This document shows, piece after piece, positions 1 through 13,900 of a stretch of DNA of 64,000 bases. Made by a program: the position numbers and the translations under genes. Position 1 is the first letter of the stretch; each line of letters starts with the position of its first letter. Under the pieces are notes generated by a model. That model ran no database searches, was not told the DNA's origin, and saw only the letters and a list, made by a program, of their open reading frames with translations. This DNA comes from Octopus bimaculoides (Eukaryota): contig NC_069001.1 of NCBI RefSeq assembly GCF_001194135.2, positions 29,564,704 to 29,628,703 of the forward strand, given 5' to 3'.

Positions 1-48
1 AATTTATCGACCACGAAACGATGGAAGGCTAAGTCGACCTCGGCGGAA
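1..48 (-). mobile_element. SINE family A fragment (body), cut by window edge
   Basis: aatttatcgacc...gtcgacctcggcggaa matches the body of the fuller copy at 45628-45850. Confidence 0.75.
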
Positions 49-52
49 AAAT

Positions 53-255
53 CTTCTTTTCTGCTCTAGGCACAAGTCCCGAAATTTTAGGGTAGGAGCC
101 CAGTCGATTAGATTGACACCAGTACGCAACTGATACTTCATTTATCAACCCCTGAAAGGATGAAGTTGACCTCAATGGAATTTGAACCTAAAAACCGACG
201 AAATGTTGCTGAACATTTTGTTCGGCGTACTAACGTTTCTGCTACCTCGCCGCCC
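53..255 (-). mobile_element. tRNA-derived SINE family A, near full length, tail type 1
   Basis: Reverse complement starts ggcggcgagg-tagcagaaacgttagtacgcc, has a B-box-like ggttcaaattcc and ends cttgtgcctagagcagaaaaga; homologous to many copies in the window. Confidence 0.85.
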
Positions 256-275
256 TATGCAACATATATATCCGT

Positions 276-358
276 TTCTACTCTAGGCACAAGGCCTGAA
301 ATTTTGGGGGAGGAGGCCAGTCGATTAGATCGATCCCAGGAAAGGCAAGTCGACCTCG
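276..358 (-). mobile_element. SINE family A 3' fragment with internal deletion
   Basis: ctctaggcacaaggcctgaaatttt...cagtcgattagatcga followed directly by aggcaagtcgacctcg. Confidence 0.75.
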
Positions 359-704
359 TTGGATGCAACATACATATTGCTTAAGGACAACTTCAGTGGA
401 AGAATATAAATTTGAATGACAGCCGAGTTTAAGTGTTACATACAGAGTAGGTTTGTCTGTTTTACAAACATTTTAATCCTTATTTTGCAAGTCTACAATT
501 TGGAAAAATATCTGTCCCATGAATTTCGTTTCAAAGCAAAACTATTTGTTGGTTGCTGTCGGGTCAACTGAAACCCTGACTATGTTTCAAAGAGTATAGC
601 TAATAATACATAAGCCAACATATAAGAAGTTCGTTTATAGATATTATGCCAACGAAAGAGAAATATCTGCTGTTTTATGGTGTCGTTTATCGTTTTCATG
701 TCTT

Positions 705-1081
705 ACCAATTTGACTACGGTCATGATGGGTACCACCATGAAGAATTTCTAACCGAATGAACAGACCTAAGTACTTGTCTGTTTTCAAGCTTGGTACTTA
801 TTCTATCGTTTTCTGATGCCACGATGCTAATTCATGGGGACGTAAGCACACCGGCATCTGTCGTCAAGCGGTGGTGGAGGGAAAAACACAGACACAAAGA
901 TACACACACAGATGTACATATATATGCAACGGACTTTTTTCAGTTTCGGCCCTTCAAATCTCCATACATGGCTTTAGTCAACCTGAGGCTTAAGTAGAAG
1001 GGATTCACACCCTGTTGCCAAGCGGTTGAATTGCACCTGGAACTATAGGTTTCGAAGCAAACCTCTTACCATACAGCCACA
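705..1081 (-). mobile_element. tRNA-derived SINE family B, near full length
   Basis: Reverse complement aligns along its length to the + copy at 43830-44264 (head gtggctgtatggtaag, internal CA/TG repeat, tail catgaccgtagtcaa). Confidence 0.85.
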
Positions 1082-1510
1082 CTTATACATTGTTATATGT
1101 TTTTATTTGATATATTATAGCTGGCTTTGTGCCAAGATTTGAAATCGATATGTAATATTTTGTCTTTCATGAGTTAAATTCGAGAGCTATACTTTCCATA
1201 AACATGAATATAAAATTATACCCAGGATAAACAAAGTTATAAAGCATTGGAATAAGATCGAATGCTTCCCTGGGCAATGAAATCGATTATACAATTGAAT
1301 TTTTTAAACATAATGATAGAATGAATGTGAAGACACATATATTGATGAGTAGAAAACATAAATAAGACTTAGTGTAAAACAGATAATGACTTATAGACAG
1401 TTCTAGAAGTCTATCGAAATTTAAAAGGTTTACTCGCTTCGGATGAGATGACAGGATGCAAAACGTAACTTCCGTTCATGATTAATAATGTATTATCATT
1501 AATTGATTTG

Positions 1511-1549
<39 letters not shown>

Positions 1550-1555
1550 CATACA

Positions 1556-1770
1556 TACATGTGTATAAGAAGGGATGACCACTAAGTGGACATCCAATAT
1601 GCTAGAAAGAGGTCATCAACAACTCAACCACAAAGAAAAATAATGTTCTCCAGAACAAAATTCGCAAAACACCAGAACAAGAACATTTTTCTTTGTCGTT
1701 GGGTCGATGATGACCTCTTTTTAGGATATTGGATCTCCACTTAGTGGTTATCCCTTCTTATACACATGTA
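1556..1770. mobile_element. MITE/foldback element with 85-bp inverted arms and TA ends
   Basis: 1556-1640 (tacatgtgtataagaagggatgaccactaagtgg...) is the reverse complement of 1686-1770 with a few substitutions; 45-bp spacer. Confidence 0.85.
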
Positions 1771-1854
1771 ATACTTGTTTTCTGAATGTTTAGATTATTT
1801 TATATGCTAGGCGACTTATATATATGAGTGAGTGAGTGAGTGAGTGAGTGTATT

Positions 1855-1885
<31 letters not shown>

Positions 1886-3262
1886 AAGCAATTAAAAAGT
1901 TTTTTTTTGTTTTTGTAGCGTTGAATGTGTGTCGTATCATACAGACGAGAAAGTAATATTTCGAAGGAAGTACAGCCTTGAAAACAGTAGAACGATTGGG
2001 TATTTTACCCGTATATGATGAGGGAAAAATTGTCAGCAGACACCCCAAAGAGACGATCCTGCACGTCCCAGGTACCGGCTGATTACTCTGCCAATTGCTC
2101 TAAATTGTCCACGGTTTCTGCTATGAAATCCAGTGGACTGTTAGTTAAGTTCTCTGTCATCTCTTTCTTATTACCGCTCTATACTCATCTAAGATGTTGC
2201 TCCGTAACATATATATATTGAGTTTTATACCAGGTTATTAGTCTCACAATGCTTACGCAAAACATATATGAATATATATATATATATATGATGTTACATA
2301 TATGATGTTAAATAATCACATACGGTGCCAAGCGTAATCGATTCATTTGTCTCTAGCGTTTTCAGTGTTACTTATCTTTTGCAGGCAAGAAATGAACAGA
2401 GATAACCTCGATTCATGTGTGATTTGAAATTACAGCGTATACAACTATATGTATAAACTAAAAGGAATTCTATTCGAACAGCTAAGGCCGCTTATCTAAC
2501 ACCGTACACTAGTTACATGTGAATAAATTATGGAAAGAAAAATAAAGAAAAGAAAACATATATATTGAAATTTGTTGCAATCACACTCGTTCGTGAATTC
2601 CCTAGCACAGATTAAATAATAACCACAAATCTCAGCCGTCAAATAAGTTCTTGTCTTCTGGAAAAGACTCCTTCTTTCTTTAATACTTTCAGTTCTGTAA
2701 ATGTACCAATATATATTCCTGGAATTTTTCTCCTTCAAATCATTAAATAAACCAGTTTAAACATTGCTTTCTCGAATATTTCAGATTTTCCATCAACAAT
2801 TTCTTATCTACCTTAATTCCAGACAACCATAAAATATTTTCGTAGACTGCACATTTCAGCTGTTTTATTTGTTGCTTATATCCTTGTTTATTTATTTCTT
2901 GCTTATGATCGTATTATTAACGAGCTTTATATTTTATTTTATGTATTCTTTATTTCTTGTTCCTTTAAATAATTGCTTTTTTTTTTCCTTTCTTCCACAT
3001 CTTCATGTTTTTATTTGTATTTTTTTTTTCAAAATCAAGTCAGACTGAAATATCTAAAATGTTTTGCTTAGGTCAAAACAATGTTTGCGTGTGTAGTGTA
3101 TGTGTGTTTGCGATTATACTTCAGTGTCTCCGTATGCGAGTGAGTTGTGCGCCTGTTTTGGCTTGGTCGTATTTGCATGTGTGTGTGTACATCGTGAGCT
3201 TGCGAGCATTCTTGGTTCGTCNNNNNNNNNNTGTGTGTGTCTGTGTGTGTGTATATATATCC

Positions 3263-3309
<47 letters not shown>

Positions 3310-3565
3310 CAGTGTCTGTGAATGTGTGCAACGAGATATGTAGACATATCCACATGCATAAATCTACGGAAGCAAGTGTGTACGCTCACCGGTACACACT
3401 CGCAAAATTATAAACACGGACACGCAAATCGTATTACATACCCACAGTATCATGTACTTACATATGTGTGTATGTATGTATGTCGGTAGGTAAGAAGGTA
3501 GGTGTTTAGGTAGGTAGGTATGAAAACATGTATCCATATAACGACGTATCTCTGCCTCTATTTGT

Positions 3566-3602
<37 letters not shown>

Positions 3603-3761
3603 NNNNNNNNNNNNNNNNNNNNNNNNNNNNNNNNNNNNNNNNNNNNNNNNNNNNNNNNNNNNNNNNNNNNNNNNNNNNNNNNNNNNNNNNNNNNNNNNNN
3701 NNNNNNNNNNNNNNNNNNNNNNNNNNNNNNNNNNNNNNNNNNNNNNNNNNNNNNNNNNNNN

Positions 3762-3792
<31 letters not shown>

Positions 3793-3890
3793 AAGCGTGT
3801 GCGTATGCTTTTGTGTATACACATATCGTTTGCATTACACTACACACGCGCATGTGTGTATTTGTATTAGAATATACGCACACTCATGTA

Positions 3891-3943
<53 letters not shown>

Positions 3944-4504
3944 CTGTGTGTATGTGTGTTTGTGTAAGTGTATCTATATATGTCGACATCAGTTTGTGCG
4001 CATGTATGATGAAGCATTTAATATTCCGTGATTGAAAACCTGATCTTTTGAAGATAAGCAGCGCCAAAAGATAAAACAACCCAAAACGCCAATTCCTCAG
4101 AGCTTCAAAACCTATAAATCAATTTAAATTTTGCAAATTGCTTTACTTTAATATATTTTATTCGTTCATTTAATATACGCAAACGGCCTTATTCTGACAT
4201 ATCATATATTTACTATCTTTTGTGTTTTAGATCTATATAGCTTCCCTGTTAAACTATAACTGCATCATCTTAATTCTCACTATCATCAGTATCATTTAGC
4301 TTAATGCCCTCGTTTTGTTTTCATCATGCAAGCATAATTTTGAACAATGCATAAACAAATGAAATATAGAGTAATATGCATTGTTGTAGTCATCATATAT
4401 GCAGACTTTCTCCGTTTTAGTCTGTTCTATTTGCACCCAATAACTAAATCATTTTAGCTTATCGTATGATGTATCTATGAAATGTTGGCCTTACATAACG
4501 GAAT

Positions 4505-4625
4505 GCGTGGCTGAGTTGTCAAATGTTCCAAAACACAGAGTCGTCAGTTCAGTCCCACTTACTTGCACTTTGGGCAAGTGTCTTTTACTATAGCCTAGGG
4601 GCAACTAAATCATTGCAGGTGGACT
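4505..4625 (+). mobile_element. SINE family B head fragment
   Basis: gttcagtcccact...ctttgggcaagtgtcttttactatagcct matches the family B head. Confidence 0.75.
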
Positions 4626-4699
4626 TGAAGCCTATAAGATATGCATATATACATGTAAATGATATGTATATATATACATTTTGGTATGTATTTATACAC

Positions 4700-5725
4700 A
4701 CTTATAGTTGGTACTATCTCACAAGCTATCCATCGGAAAAGCAGCAATAGTTTGTCGACAATTATGTCAAGATGGAATCAATGTCAAGACTCATTCTCAG
4801 TCTGGCATTTACAAATCGACTATCAAAGAAGCTGTTAAACTAAGAAAGAAAATGAAGAAAACAGTATTATTTAGAAAACTGGTCATTGTATTTTGATGGT
4901 AAACGTAGTGATGACCAATAATACCAAGTGCTACTTCTAGATAGAAGGTAAGTTAGAATCACTCCAATTACCACACGAAAAAGCCGATACTATTAGGAAA
5001 GGAATAAAGCTGATTTACATGAATACAATTTATAGCACTGTGTAACGATGATTGTCGCTGATGCAACGAGTGAGAACACAGCGAAAAGAAATGTTATTGT
5101 CACTCAGTTGTAAAGACTTTGCTCAAAACGGTTTGAAAGAACCATATCGTATCCTTGATAGAGGTCTTCGTATTGTAAGGGATGATATCATCTTCCAATA
5201 TTGGACATACATTCATTCCGGATCTTCTAAGTAACTACGAGAAACTCCAGGCCAATTTCAACAATAGCGAAGAAATGATTACTGAATCAGCAGGATGGTG
5301 AGATGACATGAAATTTCTATTTCATTTCACTGGAGATGTTCGTTTCTTTGAAGAAACCGACAAATTTCCTACTGAAAAGTTTAGAATATGCCCAAATTAA
5401 GTCATGCAAGATGGAATTCTCGATTAATACTAGCTCTTTTGGCATATATTCTTCTACCAGAGAAAAGACGTTTGCTTCTCAATGCCTGTCATCTCTTACA
5501 GCTGGGCAGATTTTTGGTTTACTCACCAAATGTTCAATATGCACAGGATTATTAGAAGTTTTGTGGTAGCCTGTAAGTTCATAGAAAAGTATCGAACTGT
5601 GGAAAAATCTTTTGGCGGCGAGAAGCATGAAAACTGGAAACTCCCAGAACAAATCAGACTGCAGAATGGGCAATCGAGTACCTTCAAGATCTTTATGATG
5701 TTTGTAAAAAGGACAGCCTCCGGCT
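4700..5725 (+). mobile_element. Decayed DDE transposase, hAT-like
   Basis: Frameshifted translation gives WSLYFDGKR (first D), TMIVADATSENT (second D), RILDRGLR and [20 protein letters not shown] (resembles hAT TRWNS); multiple stops; no TIRs found. Confidence 0.6.
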
Positions 5726-5728
5726 GCT

Positions 5729-5794
<66 letters not shown>

Positions 5795-5959
5795 TATATA
5801 TATACACACATATATATATATATATACACATACAGAGAGAAAGAGAGAGAGTGGAGGAGGAACGAGAGAAGTAAACCTGCGATTACGGCGTGAATTAGAA
5901 AATTTTGTTGATTGAAATATTTAAATAGACATATAAGCCTTACCGTATAGTGACTATAG

Positions 5960-6300
5960 ACCTAATGATCAAGAAGGTTGCTTCCCAAACACATGGTTCC
6001 AGGTTTAGTCCCACTTCGTGTCACTTTGATCAAGCGCTTCTACTATAGCCGCAAGCCGACCAAAGCCCTGTAAGTGCATTCGGTAGACGGAAACTGAAAG
6101 AAGTCCGTCGTATACATCTGTGTGTGTGTGTGTGTGTGTGTGTATCTATGTGTGCTTGTATATCAATGCATGTGTGTCTGTGCTTCTTTCTCCATCACTA
6201 CTTGGCAACCGGTGCTGGTTTTTTTTTTACGTCCCCGTAGCATAGCGGTTCGGCAAAAAGGACAGATAGAAGAAGTGTCACGCTTAAAAAAAGCAAACTA
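5960..6300 (+). mobile_element. SINE family B with internal (GT)n
   Basis: cacatggttccaggtttagtcccact...ggtagacggaaactgaaagaag...(gt)n...acgtccccgtagcatagcggttcggcaaaa. Confidence 0.85.
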
Positions 6301-6939
6301 AGTATTGGCGTCGGTTTACTCTGAAACAGGTAAAAGATAAATGATAAAATATTAAAAATATTTGCCCAAACATTAATTGTTCTACGTGTAGCAACATGAT
6401 CTTTTGAGGGATAACAGTCAGCAAATTTTGTGTGCATGGATTGAGCCGACAGTAATTCTCGATTGGTCATGCTGCAATGTGTCGGACTGACCTGCTGTAT
6501 AATGTAACTAATTCATGCTCTAATGGAATCCTACTGTCTTCCATGATAAAGTCAGCGTGGGATCATTTTAATGATAAAATATATTAAGAGAAAGGCGCGC
6601 CTAATCCGTTTCCAATATATCCTATTGTCTCAATGATCTTTGCTAAACATTCATAAATTACACCAGTTCACTACTTCATTGGAATTTTCAATTGTAAATA
6701 TTACTATTTTAAACTATTATACTCTATTAAACTATTGTATGCTCTATAATAAAGTATGACATAATATCTTGTGCCTTTAGCTAAGGTTTGTTCAGTTCAA
6801 CACATCACGTAGCTCCGGGAATATGACAAACGGCGCATATCAAACTGCACGGTACATGCCCTTGAGTATTTATGAAAAGCTAGGAAACGACAACTATATA
6901 TATATAGGAATCATCAGTTAAAATTTCTTATTAGAATTA

Positions 6940-7135
6940 AGGCGGCGAGGTGGCAAAACCGTTTGAGTGTCATTAAAAAATTCATTGCATTAATTCTCCC
7001 GACTCATGAGATTCTAAGTTCAAAATTCATCTTTGCTTGTCGACCCTCCAGGATCGACGAAATAACATACTATAAAGTACTGTAGTCACTAGTAATATTT
7101 GGCCCCCTCATTTCCAAATTGGGGGTATTTTGCCA
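6940..7135 (+). mobile_element. SINE family A, degenerate
   Basis: aaggcggcgaggtggcaaaaccg head and aagttcaaaattc B-box-like segment. Confidence 0.6.
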
Positions 7136-8539
7136 AAGTCTAAAAAAAAACTCACTTTTTCGATGTATCTACTATTTTTTTTAACAGCGATAATATATTT
7201 AAATTTACATTTTCAAATTCAATATTTCGCCTTTGGACATTTTGAAAATAATTTCTTTTTCAAATACTTCTTTCTAGTCTACGTAAGCAATAACCGAATA
7301 ACGCGATCAGTAAACCGGTGTAATTCAGTCTAACCAACGCAGAGCTTGTGAAATGGATTATGTTGAACACATTTGCAAAGCAATTTCACTTCAGTGTAAA
7401 TTACCTGCTAATCAAGACAGTGACCGACATCCTAAGAACGAAATGCCAGTCGAGTTCATTCCGTTCAGAATGGAATCGAGCCGTATTAGTTTCCTGTCTT
7501 AAAGTACAAGTAAATTTTGGGTGTTATGATAAGTTCTGCATGTAGCTGACATGGAAGAACGCCAAACTAGATAACTTCCTGCATTTCACTCTGCTTATGT
7601 TGATCGGATTGAAATTCTCAACTACCTGAAATTGGTTAATTATCATTCTTGAGTTGATAAAATAAATATCCGCAAATTACTGCCATTGTAACGCTTGCCT
7701 CTGTCTCCCCTGTTTCCAATCTCGTTCATTATCCACACAAGTAATTTAAGAACTCGTGGTATTTCTTTTCATTAAATTTATTTAGAAATTAGAAGTCAAC
7801 GGCGTTGCATACTTGACTGAAAGGAAGTAAATAGAGATCAGAACTACTGAACAAATATACTACGAATATTTTGGGGCGAAGTACTCGCCTTTGATATAAT
7901 TTAACACATATTCCATATATTCTAAGTTATGTCGGCTTAAGAATTATTTCTAATTAATATGTATCATATTCATATATACTAATTCGATAGATAGGTGTAA
8001 TGGTGTCACCAGAACTGCAAGGAATATTCAGTTACTACGAGAACATATTACAGAGTAGTTGATTCTAATTTACATCATCACAAATCAGCTCTTTTCTTGT
8101 AAAAAGCACTTTCTATTCAAGACTATTTATTCTAAAATGTGCTTCGTTCATAAAATACCTCTCGCATTTATGGGTTATGTTCGAAAGGTTAGTCAAATGT
8201 ATTAACTTGTATTTGTTAGTAATTGTTGTCTTAAGACACTAGTTTTGTTGTCCTTGTCCCCTATATTCGAAGCGGGTAGCACTGTTTTTTAAAAAATTAT
8301 GAATTTTGAAAATCATAACTCCTCGGAGTTTAAGTCTTTCGAAGAAGAATTGCTGAGGTCTATCGATACTATGGAATAACAAATTGAAGAATCGTTGCTC
8401 TCCTCTGTATTCTAAATTTTGAATTGAGATGCATTTCAAAAATTTGTATTGTTTCAGGAATTATTTTGAGGATTTGTTAATAAAGACAGTCATTCTAGGA
8501 TAAATATTGGATCTTAATAACCTCGGAGTATATGGTTTA

Positions 8540-9100
8540 ACACATACTTTACAGCAAACCGTTCTGTGATCCGAGTAACATTCGGGAGATTTGTGAGCTC
8601 TGGTTAAGCTGAAATCACTGCCATTTTTGCTCTTAGTTATGACAAAGTCAACTATGTGACAATTACCAGATCAGCATAGACACTTAAAAGTGCTTTTATA
8701 TTATCTGGCTGCTGTAAGATTATGCTTGTATTTGTTAAACCAGATTGTTGAGCAAAAGACAAGAATCGAAAACCACTTGCATACATCTTTCTCCTTCTAT
8801 ATTTTCCCATTTCCTTTGACCACACCGCGTGCTTGTTTCTTATTGTGGCATTAAGATCGCTAATCAAAATGACTTTATAATGATACGTAATTTTAGAGGC
8901 AGCTGTTTGCAATTTTGGTATAGAAAATTCTATTTCCTTGTTTTGATGATGACAAAGTAGGTGCATATGCACTGATAATGTGCATAAAAGAGGAATTAAT
9001 TATGAGTTTACTCAAGGTCATACGACGTTCACCGACTTGATGGATGGATGGATGGATGGCAACTTGCGAAATAAAGTCCACTTAATGGCAAATCCAAGAT
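8540..9100 (-). mobile_element. RTE-type non-LTR retrotransposon AP-endonuclease remnant
   Basis: Frameshifted translation: HIISAYAPT...KVILISDLNATI...MGKY...GFRFLSFAQQSGLTNT...DFVITK...CYSDHRTV, the APE motif order typical of RTE-clade LINEs. Confidence 0.85.
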
Positions 9101-9709
9101 CTTGAAATCTTGGCTGATATGCCGGTTTTCCACTCCGAAAATATGTATAACCATTTCAAATTCTAATTCTCCAGAATCCGAAAACCTGGATTGATTTAAA
9201 GCGGGAGCATGAATATCATTTGAGCCGTTTACCTTTGTTATTAAATTTCTTACATTCCAGTACCAAAGATTAACATTATTTTTTGGTTATTTTTATCTCG
9301 AATACAATAAACTGGATGGTTAGGTACCTGCAGTTAATGCCAGCCGCATCGAAGATAACACATTCTAAATGTTTTTATTTCCATCCCACCTACGATATCG
9401 GAAACAACAGTGTTACATATAAATAGGACTGCTAGCCACATAGAGGAGGACGGGCGTCCTGCAGCTGCCTTTAGATTGTACAAAGGCACGGCTATCACCT
9501 TCTCTGTCTTTCTTGTGCGACAATGTCAAGAATCATTGAGCAGCACTCATCGCCTGTTTCCACAACCGCAAACTGTCTCCATAGGACTTTCAACTCACCT
9601 TAAATATATCTCCGCAGTGAATTTCTGTTAAGTGGGTTTGGCTTTTATCACCGGTTACACTCTGGTTCCAAAACCTAGATTCCAGTACATATTAATGTCA
9701 TGTGATTCA

Positions 9710-9925
9710 GGAGGTGAACTGGCAGAAGCGTTAGCACGCGGGGCTAAATGCTTAGCGGAATTTCGTCGGTCTTCACGTTCTGAATTCAAATTCCTCCTAG
9801 GATGACTTTGCCTTTTATCCTTTCGGGGTCGCTGAAACGTTTACCAGCTGAGTAGTGGGGTCGATGCAATTGACCTTCCTCCCGAAACTGCTGGCCTTCT
9901 GCCACAGTGTGAATTCAATATTAAT
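9710..9925 (+). mobile_element. SINE family A, tail type 2
   Basis: gaactggcagaagcgttagcacg...ttcaaattcc...ggggtcgatgcaattgac...gaaactgctggcc. Confidence 0.85.
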
Positions 9926-10044
9926 GTCCCGCGAGGAAAAGGCACTCTGGAAGCATGGCCGGTTCCTCGGGTGTGCCTAACATGGATTTTGCTCAAGTTT
10001 CAATTACAAATGTTTCACCCACCAGACCTAATAATGATAGTAAT

Positions 10045-10175
10045 ACCACCACTACTACTACTACTACTACTACTCATAATACTAATAATAACAACAACAA
10101 CAACAATAATGATGGTGATGAAGATGAGGACAATGATAATGATCATGATGATGATGCTGATGCTGATAACAATAA
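10045..10175. repeat. Compound trinucleotide microsatellite (ACT/AAT/AAC/GAT)
   Basis: Direct reading. Confidence 0.9.
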
Positions 10176-10739
10176 ATGAAGTAGCAATCAGATTTTACGA
10201 TTATTTTTTGAACTAATAATTGAATTAACCATAATAACCTTGAATCTTTAGATTATTTACATTAACATTTCTCGCTACTTCATGTTATTGAAAATTCACT
10301 GAATAACAAAAGGCCATTACAAAACATGGTTTTGTGAATATGTAATAAGGTTATATGGTAGACGACTATTGAAATGCTAATATTAATTTATGCTACTAAA
10401 CGAAAATTTACAATGGTACAAATTGCAGATAAAAATACAAATATGAAATTTAGTTGTAACTTAGAAACAGTGCATTGCTAATTTTAGTAAAAATTACCGA
10501 AAAGGAAATTCAGAAGAAACCGTCATTATAAAATGAATTAGCAGTATATTCCCTCACAGACTTAAAATTTAAAATTCAATTGCTTTGATTCAATAAACAT
10601 TTAATTTACGTTGTGTTGTATTAAAAAAAAAAAGACATCGATTTAACATTTTATTAAGAGCGAATAACGTATGTAAATGTGGAAATATTTAGTTCGAGTT
10701 TCTGGTTAAAATTCATGAATATGTATGAAGTGAAGGCTA

Positions 10740-10900
10740 AAAGGCGGCGAGCTGGGAGAATGGTTAGCGTATCTAGCAAAGTGCTCAGCGGCTTTTCATC
10801 CTCCTGCATGTTCAACTTCAAATTCCGCCAGGGTCGACTTTACCTTTCATGCAACCGTGATTTACAAATTAAGTACCAGTTGAACTCTGGCTTCGATGTA
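10740..10900 (+). mobile_element. SINE family A, 3'-truncated
   Basis: aaggcggcgagctgggagaatggttagc...ttcaaattccgccagggtcgactttacctttcat. Confidence 0.85.
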
Positions 10901-13900
10901 AGCGACTTACTGCTCACGGAAATTGATGTCCGTGAAACTAAATTTTAAACCAACATATATGAGGACAAGTATTTCACTGCCTGACTCTTGTTTGATTGCG
11001 CTATGTGTACAGCTGGTTAAATGTTTTCTACCCTATTTTCCGTATCCAAATACGCATTTAGAATTGCAACTTTGCATCGCATATATGTATATACCTTTCT
11101 TAATTTATTATACTTTAATCGTTAATGTCAAACTGAAAATCTATGAAACAAATATGATAGAAGTGTATGGCCAGACATAATATTAGAATTATAAACCAAA
11201 TAATCTGAAGCTTAGTTATTCATTTAACAAAGTTGTTAGGAAGTAGGGAACATATACTGGGATGGGATTTGAAGTTACATTTACAAACAACATGCTCACG
11301 TTACGTATTGTAACTATACTCAAAATTCGACATTAGGCATACACGTTGAGAGAAGACAGACGCTGAGAATCCTGAACAGGACAATGAAAGTAAGAAGGAA
11401 ACAATCAAAATAATGAGAAACTGATGTGCATGAAAGAATCATAAAATGAGTGTTGAATAACAATCATATTAACATTATTACAAATGGTGTGCGATGCAAA
11501 AAAGTATACACGATTATCAGGAGGCGTTGCAGACAAAATAGAGCGAGCCATGGATTATATGTGCGTTTATGATAATGTAAACGGTGAATGAAAATATGTG
11601 ATTTAAGAGAAAAACATATATAAAGACACAAGAGGAAATAGTGAAAATCAATATTAGAAAATAATATAGGAAAAAAAAAGGTAGAGTAAGACAGAAAATG
11701 TATACACTAAACAATGCAGCAACACAATGGGATAGAATAGATTGTTAAAGAAATAATGAACATAAAAAGAAATAATCGAAACGCTAAATATAGAGAGAAT
11801 TTGTCGATAATTATATAGCGAAAAATACACATCAAACCTTGGAAGGAATTTGTAAAGTACAATAATGATTCACACGCAAAACGCCGAAAACGTAATAATA
11901 ATAATAATAATAATAAATAATAATAATAATTGAATGTGAAATGCGCGTGGAAACGTGTGTGCACGCGCGCGTGTGTGTCTGTGAGTGTGTGAATTAACCG
12001 ATCAGATAAGAGTGTGATATTGATCAGTTATTTTTCATCGATTATGAAAATAACTGTTGTGACAGTAGAGTTTCATGCTGGAATGATCTCGAGACAGCGC
12101 TGTTTGCTGTCTGAAGAATTCATCTAGCGTGAAATTCTGACTGACAACTGTTGTATATTCAAATTGCTGAACGTTTATCTACTTGCCGACTAACAATACA
12201 TGTGGCATTCTTCTATTAATTCTTTCAAACAATAACAATAGATAGAGTATATTTCGTTCAGTGTTAAAGTGTCTGCACTTTAGACAGAAGAAGTTCAGAC
12301 GTCAAAATCATTGCAAACACGCAATCATTCTCTTTATCGAACTGAGCTTGTGTGATTTAATACGATACTTGGCATAATAAATATAAAAAATAACGGCTAT
12401 TATTTCACTATGAGGTCAGTGCATCGAAATGCTCTAGAAAAAAAATATTTCCAATTAACATTAAATAGCAAAAAGGAATATAAACTTTGCAGGAATGCAC
12501 GTTTCTCTTTAAACCTAGATATTGTTAAAGCGGGCCGACATATTATCCAATACACTCTCACTCACACGTCGATCCCCTTTTGCTTCTAGGAGTGAGTTGT
12601 ATGTTCTGACTTCGTATTTAAAGAGTACCTATGTGATTTAAAGGATATTTGTCTGCTGTCGCTACCACGTCACGCAAATAGATAGACGTTTATATCTATA
12701 GGTCCAATGGTGACACCGAAAGAACAAGGGTGAATAAAAGAAGAAGAAGTCTCGTAATTTCATGTTGGAACTAAATGTTTATGGCATGTATTTGCACTTA
12801 TAAATATATAGATCTAATTAAACATTTTGTTACAGAGATACATTGGTGCCATAAATAAACACGAAAAATGTTTCCTCATAAAAAGTATGATCCGCTCTGA
12901 TGGTCAGACAAAGAGAGAACGGTTTGAGAAGAAATCAGAAACTCCAAAATCTGCATTGCAGTGTTAGGTGATGATTTCTTCAGAAGCCTAAATCCCCATA
13001 AATAATTCACTCACACATATACATCTCGTCATGCACATGTCCATAAATACACACACAGAAAGTGCGTGGGTGTTTGTGGGAGACACACACACACACAGAA
13101 AATATGCTGAGACAAGGGACTATATGTACTAATGTTCCAATATCTGTACAGATAGATGTGGGTGTACGCGCCTGTGTATATGCGCGCGTGTGAATGCGCT
13201 CGCATGTCTGTGTATATACTTTCGTAGACAAACTCACATATACATACCCACACACATACATACATACATATATATATGTATACATATACACACACATATA
13301 GACATATATATTTATAGACACACATACACACACACAACCGTGTTACCAGTTCGAATTTGCTTGTGGCTTATTGGAATCTTTAGGGACGTCACTCACTGCA
13401 TTTGGTAACGGGGAAAATTCCTTGTAATCTGAAACGTGTAAATACACTGAGTCTTTTCGCAGCGCTCCTTAAGTACAGTATTGTACACATGGGTTTCAAA
13501 GTGTTTACCTTATCTATTCAGCAACAGAGACCTGAAAGGCAGACAATGCGAACGGACACATGAGATAGTTTCCGCTCATTTATATTCCCGGTTGCGCTCT
13601 CTCTCTGTCCCTCTCTGTCACTCTCTTTTTCTCTCTGCATACATACATACATATATACATATAAATATATAGGTATATCACTGCAATGCATCACTGCATC
13701 ATTCCTGCACCAATCCTTTGATTGCACTGCATAGCATCACTCCTTAGAAGATAACAACGGATATAGTCCTACATCTATTTGTTAATATAACGTGTGATTG
13801 TCGTCTGAAAAACAAATTATGTTTTAATGCATGTTTAATATCTGTTTTATGACACAGAATTCCTCATTTCATTTCTAGATATCGATTATGTTTTTATAAT

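Noticed and set aside
2496-2830. Minus-strand peptide-like stretches
   Set aside because: Short frames broken by stops, no motif, no splice support
3005-4079. Many overlapping ORFs of 60-167 aa ([12 protein letters not shown]), and similar ones throughout the window
   Set aside because: Translations of dinucleotide microsatellites and N gaps
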